A stretch of 64,000 bases of DNA from an uncultured Anaerolineales bacterium (GCA_965603565.1 CBFDDM010000001.1:7299-71298); one strand, 5' to 3'. Counted from the first letter of the stretch, positions 27,608-37,096 are shown. Notes: generated by a model not told the origin, from the letters alone. Numbers and translations: made by a program.

Positions 27608-29044
27608 TCAAAGTGCAGCGAGCGTCTGCCAGATCTGCGCGACCAAGAACGTGACCACAAAACCTATCACGAGCGGCAGCAGCGCAGAGACCACCGTCCA
27701 TTTTAGATCACCGGTCTCTTTATAAATCGTGTAGACCGTCGTGCTGCAGGGATTGTGAATCAAGCTGAACAGCATCAGGTTCACACCGGTCAGCAGTGTC
27801 CAGCCTCCTGCGGTTAGGATATCCAGCGTCTGGATGGTCGATTCGAGCTCGAACATCACACCCGCCCCTTCCCCGATGCCCGTCAAGCCGGCGGTCAGCA
27901 CGGTCAGCATCATCACCGTTGGGATCACGATTTCGTTCGCCGGAATGGCGATGATATAGGCCATCAGGATGACGCCGTTCAGGCCAAGCAGCAATCCAAA
28001 GGGATTCAGGAAGGAGACCAAGTGTTCGGCGAGCGTCTGTCCGCCTAGCGAGAGATTGGCGCTCAACCAGATTACCGCGCCCGCTGGAAGTGCAAAAACC
28101 ACGGCGCGCCAGAGCACGAAAATCGTGCGGTCGATGATCGATGTGTAGATTGTCTGCCAGATCCGTGGTGGGCGGTAAGGGGGCAGTTCGAGACTGAATG
28201 TCGACAGCTCGCCCCTGAGCCATGTTCGTGAAAGAAACCATGAAACCACGAAGGTCAGCAGGACCCCCAGAAGAGCGATGCCAACGACTGCCATAGCGGA
28301 GAAAAGTCCGGCGAGATGCGCGGGCACAAGAGTGCCGATGAAGATCGTCGCGATCAGGATCTGCGTTGGCCAGCGGCCATTGCACAACGCAAAGTTGTTC
28401 GTGATGATGGCGATCATGCGCTCGCGCGGCGAATCGATGATCCGGGTGGCTATCACACCGGCGGCATTGCACCCGAATCCCATCATCATGCTCAGAGCCT
28501 GTTTGCCGTGTGCGCCAGCCTTTTTGAAGATGTTGTCCAGGTTGAACGCCAGGCGCGGTAGAAAACCGAAATCTTCAAGCAGTGTGAAGAGCGGGAAGAA
28601 AATCGCCATCGGCGGCAGCATCACGCTTACCACCCAGGCCGTAGCGAGATACATGCCGTCGATCAAGACGCCGCTCAACCACCACGGAAACCCGATTGCG
28701 CTTGCGCCCTCTTTCAGAAAAGGATAGACGCTCCCGATCAGCACGCGTGAGATCATCTGGGAAGGCACATTCGCGCCCGAAATCGTGAGCCAGAAGATCA
28801 GCGTGAAGAGCAAGATCATGATTGGAAAACCCCAGATCCTGCTCGTAACCACACGGTCTATGGCTCGATCCAGATCGAAACGTCGCTCTTCGCCGGGCCG
28901 CGTAACTGCTCGGTCGGCGATGCGTGCTGCGTCGGTGTAAATCGCTTCGACGAGCCGTTCGTGGATATCGCCTCCGATCTCCCAGCGGATCACGCGCGCC
29001 CTATCGATAAGCTTTTTCGAAGGGCCCTTTGCCGACACGGTCAT
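27608..29044 (-). CDS. ferrous iron transporter FeoB, membrane (nucleoside-recognition/gate) part encoded as a separate gene
   Basis: 478 aa, polytopic. Begins where full-length FeoB leaves its GDI domain ([12 protein letters not shown]...). The ATGA overlaps the upstream G-domain gene. Confidence 0.85.
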   Translation of the reverse strand: MTVSAKGPSKKLIDRARVIRWEIGGDIHERLVEAIYTDAARIADRAVTRPGEERRFDLDRAIDRVVTSRIWGFPIMILLFTLIFWLTISGANVPSQMISRVLIGSVYPFLKEGASAIGFPWWLSGVLIDGMYLATAWVVSVMLPPMAIFFPLFTLLEDFGFLPRLAFNLDNIFKKAGAHGKQALSMMMGFGCNAAGVIATRIIDSPRERMIAIITNNFALCNGRWPTQILIATIFIGTLVPAHLAGLFSAMAVVGIALLGVLLTFVVSWFLSRTWLRGELSTFSLELPPYRPPRIWQTIYTSIIDRTIFVLWRAVVFALPAGAVIWLSANLSLGGQTLAEHLVSFLNPFGLLLGLNGVILMAYIIAIPANEIVIPTVMMLTVLTAGLTGIGEGAGVMFELESTIQTLDILTAGGWTLLTGVNLMLFSLIHNPCSTTVYTIYKETGDLKWTVVSALLPLVIGFVVTFLVAQIWQTLAAL

Positions 29045-29889
29045 ACCGCCGCCTCCATCGTTTTGCCCGCTCCTGGATCTTCGGCGATCACTTCCATTTC
29101 GACGATCGTACCTAATTCACCATTTTCAATGGCGGCGATGATGCGTTCATCTCCGTCCATCAATCGCAACGCGACCCAGCGCCTGTTGGGCAAGTAGGGG
29201 TAGACCCTCTCAAGCTCGCGCACGATCTCTGCAACCGCGGTCTCTAGCTCCGGTGAAAGGGCTTTGATGCGGTGAGGTTTTGTGCGGGTTTCCCCGGTCG
29301 CAATCTCGTGGATCGCAAGGATCAATTCATCGAGCCCTTCACCATAACGTGCGCTGGTCGGCACGACGGGGACACCTAGGTCCCGAGCCAATCTGCGGTG
29401 GTCAACTTCCAGACCGTGACGTTTGGCCTCGTCCATGAGGTTGAGGCAGACGACGACACGATCCGTGATCTCCAGAATCTGCAGCACCAGATTCAAGTTG
29501 CGCTCGAGGCGGTTGGCGTCCGCCATCACGACGGTCACATCCGGTCGGCCGAAGAGGATGAAATCACGCGCAACCTCCTCGTCCAGCGAGGTCGAGAGGA
29601 GTGAATAGGTACCGGGCAAATCGACGATTTTGTAGTTGTAGCCCCCGTACTCAAAGCCGCCTTCCGCCCGGGTGACCGTCTTGCCCGGCCAGTTGCCGGT
29701 GTGCTGGCGCAGCCCGGTGAGGGCGTTGAACACGGTGCTCTTGCCAGTGTTGGGATTCCCAGCCAGCGCAATGACGAAATCCCATTCCTGCATATCCACG
29801 CCCAGCTTCTTGAGATTGGCGGCGTTGTGCACCGGACAAGTTTCGCAGGGCGCGTCTTTTCTTGCCTGCTTGATATCTACTTCACTCAT
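29041..29889 (-). CDS. FeoB N-terminal GTPase (G domain plus helical domain) encoded as a separate gene
   Basis: G1 [10 protein letters not shown]2 GKTV, G3 DLPG, G4 NLMD. About 40-aa N-terminal extension with CETCPVH. No TM segments. Confidence 0.85.
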   Translation of the reverse strand: MSEVDIKQARKDAPCETCPVHNAANLKKLGVDMQEWDFVIALAGNPNTGKSTVFNALTGLRQHTGNWPGKTVTRAEGGFEYGGYNYKIVDLPGTYSLLSTSLDEEVARDFILFGRPDVTVVMADANRLERNLNLVLQILEITDRVVVCLNLMDEAKRHGLEVDHRRLARDLGVPVVPTSARYGEGLDELILAIHEIATGETRTKPHRIKALSPELETAVAEIVRELERVYPYLPNRRWVALRLMDGDERIIAAIENGELGTIVEMEVIAEDPGAGKTMEAAV

Positions 29890-30913
29890 GTGCCTGTATA
29901 CCCTGCTTTCGTATGATGATTTGACCCGCCTGTTCGGCCCGCAGCGCGATCAAAGCCCCGCGTATGCGGTAGGCGACCGGGTCGCCGCTCGCGCTCGTGT
30001 ACTCTGCACACACCATCGTGCCAGGCAGCAACCCAAGATCCATCATCCTGCGGCGTTCTGCACCCCGCAACGATGGCGCCAGGGCAAGTACTTCGGCTTG
30101 CTCTCCAATGGAAAGGCTGTTCATTTTCTCGCCCTTCAACTGCGCTTGATCGTCACCGATCGGGATGACATGGATGTTCGCTGCGACCAGCGGTGCTAAA
30201 ACGTGTTCATCGCCCCCTGCCCAGAATCGGATCCGCTGTGGATCCCGGCTCAATAGCAGAAGCGGCATGCCTGGGTGCAGCCCTTCGGCGACGATCTGGG
30301 CGAAGACCGTCTCGGGCTCATCTTCCAGGTGAACGATCTGGAGGGCAGAGTCGTTTTCCTCAACCGCCGCGAGTGTAATCCCTGCCACCTCTCCCATATC
30401 CCCGTCTGCAGTCGGAATCGGGTCGCCATGCGGGTCATAGACGGGATGACTCAGCCTTGCAGATAATTGTTCAAGCTCCTCGTGGGTCAGCATGTGTTCT
30501 AACCGGTCGGCTTGAACGTGCCATTCGGTCTCGGCGAATCCGGTTTCGTCGGCGAGGTAGCGCTCCCACAGTCGGTGGGCGCGCAGTAAGTGCAGGGCAA
30601 GATCGCGACCGGATGGGGTCAGCACAGGCAGCTCAGCCTCGAAATCCACCAACCCCCGTTCGTCTAGCTCAGAGATCAGTGTGTGCGCATCGTCAACGCT
30701 GATATGCAGCGCTCCCGCCAGGCTGTGCAGGGAAGTCCTGCGACCGGAAATTTCGCAATCGAAGATATGCTTGATCGCGTCTTCCCTGCGAGTTTTGTTG
30801 GTCACCTTTCGGGCATAGCGCCACTGTGCCAAGAGACCGCGCTCGGGAAAGAAGACCCAAAGCACGGCCGCGATCGCTGCCGAACCAATAAGAAGTGTGA
30901 TTAGATTTTCCAT
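29882..30913 (-). CDS. membrane-anchored DtxR-family regulator fused to two FeoA domains
   Basis: ORF 29882..30949 (TTG). I prefer ATG 30913 ([22 protein letters not shown] = TM helix). Then w[23 protein letters not shown], and two FeoA/SH3-like segments. Confidence 0.75.
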   Translation of the reverse strand: MENLITLLIGSAAIAAVLWVFFPERGLLAQWRYARKVTNKTRREDAIKHIFDCEISGRRTSLHSLAGALHISVDDAHTLISELDERGLVDFEAELPVLTPSGRDLALHLLRAHRLWERYLADETGFAETEWHVQADRLEHMLTHEELEQLSARLSHPVYDPHGDPIPTADGDMGEVAGITLAAVEENDSALQIVHLEDEPETVFAQIVAEGLHPGMPLLLLSRDPQRIRFWAGGDEHVLAPLVAANIHVIPIGDDQAQLKGEKMNSLSIGEQAEVLALAPSLRGAERRRMMDLGLLPGTMVCAEYTSASGDPVAYRIRGALIALRAEQAGQIIIRKQGIQAHE

Positions 30914-30997
30914 TGACCTCAACGTCTGGGCGAATGTGGTGAGATTCAATCGCAGCCAGTGCTTCCGCCTACCACTAAACCCAAGTTAGTCTAGACG

Positions 30998-31026
30998 CAT
31001 TATATAGTTAGTTTAGGCTAATTTCA
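30998..31026 (-). promoter_or_regulatory. promoter TTGAAA-17-TATAAT with a DtxR/IdeR-type iron box in the spacer
   Basis: Minus strand reads TTGAAA TTAGCCTAAACTAACTA TATAAT. TTAGCCTAAACTAA (31007..31020) matches the right 14 nt of the TTAGGTTAGCCTAACCTAA consensus with 1 mismatch. Confidence 0.6.
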
Positions 31027-31048
31027 AGGGCTTTCCGGATCTTCGTGT

Positions 31049-31801
31049 TCAGACGACGATCACGTTCTGCAGCAGCATCATCGCCAGGAAACCCGCCATC
31101 GCCGCGATGGCGCTGAACTGGCGCTGATCATGGTTGGCGCGGCTCTCGGGGATCATCTCGCTGAGCACCAGGAAGAACATCGCCCCGGCAGCCAGGCCAA
31201 ACGCGAAGGGCAGGATCTGCCTGAACGCCACGACGGCCAGATAGGCCGGGATTGCAGCGATCGGCTGTGGCAGGCTGGAGAAGATCGACCAGCCTACGCA
31301 TTTCCATCCGCTGACGCCATCGGCGCGCAGCGGCAGCGAGACGGCCACGCCCTCGGGAATATTGTGGATCGAGATGGCGATCGCCATGATCAACCCAAGG
31401 TTGGTCTCGCCCGACCCGTACGCCACGCCCACCGCCAAACCCTCCGGGATGCTGTGGAAGAACATCGTCGCCAGGATCAGCGTCACTCGCTTGGCGCTGG
31501 CGTCGTTGATGCCTGAAAGCGTGAAATCGTGGTGGTCGATGTAGCGCGAAGCCACACCGAAGATGAGCGTGCCCGCCAGCACGCCGAGGGCGACCTGCAG
31601 GATGCCGCCGTCATCTACGCCGGGGATGATCAGGTTGAAAACGGAAGCCGAGAGCATCATGCCGCCGGCAAACGCCCAGCTCAACCCTGCTATTGATTCC
31701 GGGAATCGGCGCACAAAGACAAACGGCAGACCACCCAGCCCGGTGGCCAACATCGTGATCGTAGCGGCTACAACAGCCATAAGGAGTCCGGAATCCATCA
31801 A
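31049..31801 (-). CDS. ZIP family metal transporter (ZupT-like)
   Basis: HSIPEGLAVG and HNIPEGVAV motifs, 8 TM helices. ATGA overlap with the upstream TrmB gene. Confidence 0.85.
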   Translation of the reverse strand: MMDSGLLMAVVAATITMLATGLGGLPFVFVRRFPESIAGLSWAFAGGMMLSASVFNLIIPGVDDGGILQVALGVLAGTLIFGVASRYIDHHDFTLSGINDASAKRVTLILATMFFHSIPEGLAVGVAYGSGETNLGLIMAIAISIHNIPEGVAVSLPLRADGVSGWKCVGWSIFSSLPQPIAAIPAYLAVVAFRQILPFAFGLAAGAMFFLVLSEMIPESRANHDQRQFSAIAAMAGFLAMMLLQNVIVV

Positions 31802-32604
31802 GATGCTTTGCTCCTCTCATCCGTGGTCGATAAGCTTTCAAACACGGCCCGGTCTTCAGGCGAAAGCCTGGAAAGAAGTTCATCCCCGAGCTGCGCAGCG
31901 ATGCGTTGGGTGAACATCTCCATCCAGATGAACTGGCGTGTGATCGCCACCATGTTGCGGTTGTTCGTTACCGTCGCCAAGACTGCCACGTCCATATCCG
32001 AGATCAGTGACTGTGATTCGTCGGTCACAACCACCAGTGTGTGGTCCAACTCCTGGAGTTCGCTCTCAAGCGGCGGGTGGTGGGCCACTTCGCCACACTC
32101 CAACATTCCCGCGCCGGTCAGCAGTGTGCGCAGCTGCAGATCGCGATCACAGGCAGCCTGCACAACCGCCGAGAGTGCTTCCAGTGCCTGGTCGGGCAGA
32201 ACCAGCATGACTTCGTCCTGGGCGCCGGCGATCATCTCTCGGGCATAAGCAAGCACCGCTTCGCGACCGTTGATCGTCCACAGCCGCTCTTCACGCTGGT
32301 CTGCGTACGCTGCGGTTAGTCCTTTTGATAGTACGCGCATGTGTGTTTCGTGCCCCGCCTTCAAACTGCGCAGCAGCACCTCCGGAGGCAGCGGCCGGTA
32401 GAGCGTTGACTTCTCACCCTCGCTGGCCAACACCGCCCCGCGACCGGACAAACGGCTCAGCGTCTCGTAAACCATCGAGCGCGGCACCCCAGACGCCTTT
32501 GAAAGTTGGTAGCCTGAAGCGGGGTGTTCGCTCAGAAGCGCCAAATAGACCTTGGCTTCATACTCGGTAAAGCCGACCTGGTTGAGAGTATCGATCAGGT
32601 TCAT
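31798..32604 (-). CDS. TrmB family transcriptional regulator
   Basis: LNQVGFTEYEAKVYLALLSEHPASGYQLSKASGVPRSMVYETLSRL, plus a C-terminal TrmB-type effector domain. Confidence 0.8.
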   Translation of the reverse strand: MNLIDTLNQVGFTEYEAKVYLALLSEHPASGYQLSKASGVPRSMVYETLSRLSGRGAVLASEGEKSTLYRPLPPEVLLRSLKAGHETHMRVLSKGLTAAYADQREERLWTINGREAVLAYAREMIAGAQDEVMLVLPDQALEALSAVVQAACDRDLQLRTLLTGAGMLECGEVAHHPPLESELQELDHTLVVVTDESQSLISDMDVAVLATVTNNRNMVAITRQFIWMEMFTQRIAAQLGDELLSRLSPEDRAVFESLSTTDERSKAS

Positions 32605-32616
32605 GCCATCTCTCGT

Positions 32617-32669
32617 ATAGTTGTTCTATATATAACGACTATTATGGCTGTGGGAGTTCAACATGTCAA
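32617..32669 (-). promoter_or_regulatory. promoter TTGACA-17-CATAAT followed by 26-bp inverted repeat (candidate TrmB operator)
   Basis: Minus strand: TTGACA (32669..32664), CATAAT (32646..32641), then ATAGTCGTT-ATATATAG-AACAACTAT (9-bp arms, 1 mismatch) at 32642..32617. Confidence 0.55.
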
Positions 32670-32696
32670 GGTCTTTATCCGTCAGTAGCAGCGGGG

Positions 32697-33476
32697 TCAA
32701 TCGAGGTCAATATCAAGCTTCAGGCTCACCGGACAGTGATCAGAGCCAGTCACGTCCTTATGAATGCGCGCTTCCAGGATACACGGCATCAGTCCCGGCG
32801 AGACGAAGGTGTAGTCCAGCCGCCAGCCGACGTTCCTGTCGCGGGCGCCGCCCCAATAAGCCCACCAGCTGTAGGCGACCTTCTCGGGATGCAGCGCGCG
32901 AAAAGCGTCGATGTAGCCGGCGTCCAGAAAGCGATCGATCCACTCCCGCTCGCGCGGCAAAAAGCCGGATGTGTTTTTGTTCTGTCTCGGGCGGGCAAGG
33001 TCGATCTCGCGGTGGGCAGTATTGATGTCGCCGACCAACACGATTTCACGACCAACCTCGGTCAGCCCTTCGCACAGCTGGAATAAGCGCTCCTTGTAGC
33101 CCATCTTGAAATCGACGCGGCTGTGGTCGCGTGAGCCATGCGGCACGTAGGAGTTGATCAGCACGAAGGCGCCGTAATCTGCCACGATCGTGCGGCCCTC
33201 TTGATCGTAGGCCGGATCGCCTATGCCAATATCGATGTGCGTGGCAGGGAGGCGCGTGAAAAGCGCCACGCCGCTGTATCCTTTACGCGCTGCCGGTGCC
33301 CATGTGGAGTGGTATGAACCGGGGGAGCGCAGTTCAGGATCAAGCTGCTCGGGATGAGCTTTGATCTCCTGCAAACCGAGCACATCTGGCTGCGCGGAAT
33401 TCAACCAATCCAGGAACCCTTTCCTGGCCGCGGCGCGAACACCGTTCACGTTCCAGGAATAAATCGCAAGCGACAT
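32697..33476 (-). CDS. xth: exodeoxyribonuclease III
   Basis: YSWNVNGVRAA...LQE.K...GYSGVA...VPHG...GD.N.AH..IDL...RLDY...SDHCPV. Confidence 0.9.
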   Translation of the reverse strand: MSLAIYSWNVNGVRAAARKGFLDWLNSAQPDVLGLQEIKAHPEQLDPELRSPGSYHSTWAPAARKGYSGVALFTRLPATHIDIGIGDPAYDQEGRTIVADYGAFVLINSYVPHGSRDHSRVDFKMGYKERLFQLCEGLTEVGREIVLVGDINTAHREIDLARPRQNKNTSGFLPREREWIDRFLDAGYIDAFRALHPEKVAYSWWAYWGGARDRNVGWRLDYTFVSPGLMPCILEARIHKDVTGSDHCPVSLKLDIDLD

Positions 33477-33508
33477 CTCAGATTAGCTCTCCAGGGGGAA
33501 GAATAAAT

Positions 33509-33754
33509 TCAGGTTTTAAGGAGGTAGCACTGTGCGCTGCCGTCCGAGGGCGAGCAAGCCGTGCGCAGTGGGCAAAGGTCACATTTGTCGTTTTCAAGCG
33601 CGCTCAATCTGCCCATCTGCACGAGCGTATCGAGCATACCAGCAACGACCACGGGGTCCCTGCCCAACGCTTGCGCGACCTGGCGTGCAGTTAACGCTCC
33701 GTCCTGGTCCCTGAATTGGTCAAGGATCTCCGCCAGCACCCCGGACTTAGCCAT
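33509..33754 (-). CDS. feoC: FeoC-like winged-helix protein
   Basis: 81 aa, directly after feoB. LAEILDQFRDQDGALTARQVAQALGRDPVVVAGMLDTLVQMGRL, plus a Cys-rich tail CDLCPLRTAC. Confidence 0.65.
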   Translation of the reverse strand: MAKSGVLAEILDQFRDQDGALTARQVAQALGRDPVVVAGMLDTLVQMGRLSALENDKCDLCPLRTACSPSDGSAQCYLLKT

Positions 33755-33757
33755 CGC

Positions 33758-35968
33758 TCACCCTAAAAGGCTCCCGATCTGGAAGACGACTGTCGCAGCC
33801 ACCCATGCAATCCCGGATTGATAGAGGGCGGAAAATAGCGCCCAGCGGCCGCCGAATTCCGATCGGATCACGCTGAGAGTGGCGATGCACGGTGTGTACA
33901 AGAGCACATAGACCAGGAACGCCAGACCTGCTGCCGGCGTAAACACGCGTGTGAGCACGCTGCTCAGTGCGGTCTCGCGAGCTTGAGCGTCAGCAGGTTC
34001 GGGGAAGATGGTGATACCTGGCGTCAGCGTCTCCAACACCTCCCGACCTGCGTCGACATTGGCGCTCACGAATCCAGCGCCGATGCCCGTCAGCTGCTGG
34101 ATAAATTGAGGCTCAGGATCAAGCGTTTCCAGCGGCGAGCCGAGGTAAATCTCGGACATTGTGGAGACGACGACCTCCTTGGCCACCAACCCGGACATCA
34201 AAGAGGCCGAAGCTTCCCATGTGCCGAAGCCCGCCGGCTCAAACACCGGCGCGACCGCTGCGCTGGCGCGACCAAATACACTGTCCTCAATCGATGTCGC
34301 ACCGAGCGGGAACTGGAGCAAAATCCAAACGATGATCGATGCCAGGAGGATGACCGTCCCGGCGCCCTCGATGAAGTCACGCGTGCGCACCGACACATGT
34401 GCCCACAGACCGCTCAGCGTAGGCAGACGATAACGCGGCAGCTCCATTACAAACTCAGTCCTTCCGCCCGTCTTCAAAACGGTGCGCGAGAAGACCCACC
34501 CGACCAGGATTGCCGCGGCGACACCCAGCGCATATAGCACCCAGATTACCTGGTCGGCACGCCTTCCAAAAAGCGCAATGCCGAAAAGCACGTAAACAGG
34601 CAACCGCGCCGAACAGGACATCAATGGAACCATCAGCGCGGTCAGCAGGCGATCGCGCCTGTTCTCAAGCGTACGGGTGGCGTAGATCGCCGGCACTGCG
34701 CAGCCAAAGCCCAGGATCAAAGGCACAAAACTCCTGCCGTTCAATCCCAGAAACGACAGGAATCGGTTCATCACAAACGCCGCTCGAGAAAGATAGCCGC
34801 TGTCCTCCAGCAGGGCGATGAAAACAAACAGCACGATCAATCCAGGCATGAATACCAACACGCCTCCAACGCCGGCGATGACGCCCTCTACGATTAACGC
34901 TTTGAGCCACGCCGGCGCTGCCAGTGCACTCAAAGCAGCCGCGCTCCATGCGGTCAGCGGGCCGCTCACCACCGCGTCGATCCAATCCAAATAGGGTGCT
35001 GATACGTTCACCACCAGGCGGAAAATAAAGTACATGATCGCCAGGAAGATCGGAATGCCCAGGACAGGATGCGTCACGATCCGGTCCAGCTGGTCCGAAA
35101 ACGCGCTTTCGGCTCCGCGATCGAACGCCAGGATCTGATCGGAAAGCCGGCCTACCTCTGCAAAGCGCACGTCCGCGACGTGGAATTCAATCCCTTCGGG
35201 AAGCGCTGCTTGCAAGCGCTCTTTGCTGTCGGTTATATTTCGAACAATCCCGTCAGGCGCCTTGCTGTCCATTTTCTCTATCAATTGTCGCCCGTTGGCC
35301 AGCATTTCGAGCGCCAGCCACCGGGAGCGAAATTTGCTCGGCAGCTCCTGCGCTTGCTCCAGCTGTGGTCGCAAGCGGGCGATTTCCCGCTCGACTTCCA
35401 CGCCGTACTTGAGCTCCAGTCCCTCTGTCCGGCTGTACCCATTTGCGCGCGCAATTATGATCTGATCCGTAATAGCTTGCTTGAGCGTCTGAATTCCTTC
35501 GCCCTTGTTTGCAGCCACGCGTATAACCGGCACTCCACCGAGCTGCTCTTCAAGGTTCTGGACGTCGATAAGCTGGCCCTGTTTATCGGCCAGGTCGCTC
35601 ATGTTCAGAGCCAGAACGGCGGGTATGCCCGTTTCGAGAATCTGGATCGCCAGGTACAGGTGGCGCTCCAGGTTGGTGGCATCCAGCGCGATGACGACCA
35701 GGTCCGGCGATTCTTCCAGCAGGTAGGATCGGGCGACGTTCTCCTCATCCGAATAGGCTGCCAGGCTGTATGCTCCTGGAAGGTCAATCACATCAAACGA
35801 GTGCGCATCGTGCTCGTAACAGCCCTGTTCGCACGCCACCGTCTTGCCGGGCCAATTGCCGACATGCTGGCGTGAGCCGGTCAGTTGATTGAAGATCGTA
35901 GTCTTGCCGGAGTTCGGGTTGCCGGCAATGGCGACTTTATAATGCTTACCAGCGGTCACGCTGATCAC
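33758..35968 (-). CDS. feoB: ferrous iron transporter FeoB (full length)
   Basis: 736 aa. G1 GNPNSGKTT, DLPG, NMSD, followed by the polytopic membrane domain. Confidence 0.92.
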   Translation of the reverse strand: MISVTAGKHYKVAIAGNPNSGKTTIFNQLTGSRQHVGNWPGKTVACEQGCYEHDAHSFDVIDLPGAYSLAAYSDEENVARSYLLEESPDLVVIALDATNLERHLYLAIQILETGIPAVLALNMSDLADKQGQLIDVQNLEEQLGGVPVIRVAANKGEGIQTLKQAITDQIIIARANGYSRTEGLELKYGVEVEREIARLRPQLEQAQELPSKFRSRWLALEMLANGRQLIEKMDSKAPDGIVRNITDSKERLQAALPEGIEFHVADVRFAEVGRLSDQILAFDRGAESAFSDQLDRIVTHPVLGIPIFLAIMYFIFRLVVNVSAPYLDWIDAVVSGPLTAWSAAALSALAAPAWLKALIVEGVIAGVGGVLVFMPGLIVLFVFIALLEDSGYLSRAAFVMNRFLSFLGLNGRSFVPLILGFGCAVPAIYATRTLENRRDRLLTALMVPLMSCSARLPVYVLFGIALFGRRADQVIWVLYALGVAAAILVGWVFSRTVLKTGGRTEFVMELPRYRLPTLSGLWAHVSVRTRDFIEGAGTVILLASIIVWILLQFPLGATSIEDSVFGRASAAVAPVFEPAGFGTWEASASLMSGLVAKEVVVSTMSEIYLGSPLETLDPEPQFIQQLTGIGAGFVSANVDAGREVLETLTPGITIFPEPADAQARETALSSVLTRVFTPAAGLAFLVYVLLYTPCIATLSVIRSEFGGRWALFSALYQSGIAWVAATVVFQIGSLLG

Positions 35969-36338
35969 CTTCCGATTCGCTCAAACGCTCTCCTGGACCG
36001 CGCCAATGCTTCCAGCCGCGCCGGCCACCTCTACCGCCAGCCCTGCGATGGCCGCCTGCCCTACGCCAGGCCCGACGCCCCTGGTTCTGTATCTGCATTC
36101 CCTCTTCAATTTGCTCGACCTCGATCTTCTGGGCCGTTTCGCGGTCGATCGCCAGCTGCGAGCCACGCACGCGCAGCAGTATCGGCTGACCCCTGGATGC
36201 CTGAAGCACCTTGATGGTCGTCCCTGGTGTGAGGCCCATCTCGGTGAGGCGTAAGCCACAGCGACGGCAGCGCACAAACCCGAGCATGCGCACTTCAGCC
36301 CCTGCTGGAACTTGATCGAGCCTCATCGCTTTGCTCAT
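35946..36338 (-). CDS. feoA: FeoA with Arg/Gly/Trp-rich C-terminal extension
   Basis: RLDQVPAGAEVRMLGF...LTEMGLTPGTTIKVLQAS.GQPILLRVRGSQLAIDRETAQKIEV is a FeoA SH3-like core. About 55 extra residues follow. Overlaps the feoB start by 23 nt. Confidence 0.75.
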   Translation of the reverse strand: MSKAMRLDQVPAGAEVRMLGFVRCRRCGLRLTEMGLTPGTTIKVLQASRGQPILLRVRGSQLAIDRETAQKIEVEQIEEGMQIQNQGRRAWRRAGGHRRAGGRGGRRGWKHWRGPGERLSESEGDQRDRW

Positions 36339-37057
36339 CCAACCTCCTTGCCTGCCGGCCGGATGTAAAGGTTCGCCGCGATCTCATTTGAGATCTGGAC
36401 CTTCTGTCCGTTTACGGTTGCCTGGGTGGTTATTTCGTCCTTCGCGAAGGAATCAATTTCGCAGACCTTACCGGGGAGCAAACCCAGCGAAGCAGCGCTT
36501 TCAAGCAATTTTGTGCTCTCTGGAAATACGCTTACTACCTCGATCCGGGAGGGTACATCGAGTTCAATCAGGCGCATGCCTTGCGCTAGGCTTGACTCAG
36601 CCTCCGCGCTGGGGATGGGGTTGCCGTGTGGGCAGGTCTCCGGCTCACCAAGGAAGAGCGCCAACCGTTCGCTGATCTCGCGGCTGGTGGCGTGTTCCAA
36701 CCGGCAGGCGGCATCATGCGCGTGCTGCCACTCTACCCCCAGGTGATCGACGAGGAAACGCTCCCATAAGCGGTGCCGGCGCAGCACTGTGTTGGCCCGC
36801 TTAAGCCCTGCTCCGGTCAGCGACACGCCCTTATAGGGCAGGTGCTCGACAAAGCCCTGATCCTGCAGGCGGCGCACCTTCTCGCTTGCCGACACCGTGG
36901 AAATGCCCAGGCGTTGGGCAAGCCCAGTTACCGGCACGACCTCCCGGTCCGCAGTGAGCTCGACCAACGTCTTCAGATACATTTCGGTGTTTTCGCCGTA
37001 AACGCTGTCTACTGCCACTAAATCTTCTCGATCGCTCCTGTTAGGTTTACCTAACAT
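36335..37057 (-). CDS. DtxR family metal-dependent regulator with C-terminal FeoA-like domain
   Basis: ORF 36335..37111. The ATG at 37111 lies inside a CRP-type palindrome and upstream of the iron boxes, so I prefer MLGKPNRS (37057) or a later GTG. TEMYLKTLVEL, HRLWERFL, RLEH, CPHGNPIP. Confidence 0.7.
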   Translation of the reverse strand: MLGKPNRSDREDLVAVDSVYGENTEMYLKTLVELTADREVVPVTGLAQRLGISTVSASEKVRRLQDQGFVEHLPYKGVSLTGAGLKRANTVLRRHRLWERFLVDHLGVEWQHAHDAACRLEHATSREISERLALFLGEPETCPHGNPIPSAEAESSLAQGMRLIELDVPSRIEVVSVFPESTKLLESAASLGLLPGKVCEIDSFAKDEITTQATVNGQKVQISNEIAANLYIRPAGKEVG

Positions 37058-37070
37058 AGGTTGACCTAAT
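37040..37070 (-). promoter_or_regulatory. tandem DtxR/IdeR-like iron boxes
   Basis: GTTAGGT-TT-ACCTAAC (37040..37055) followed immediately by ATAGGT-TG-ACCTAAT (37056..37070). Overlaps a candidate -10 (TAATAT, 37074..37069) and the first ATG of the DtxR gene. Confidence 0.6.
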
Positions 37071-37096
37071 ATTAAGTTGCGGTGGAGTGATGCGCA

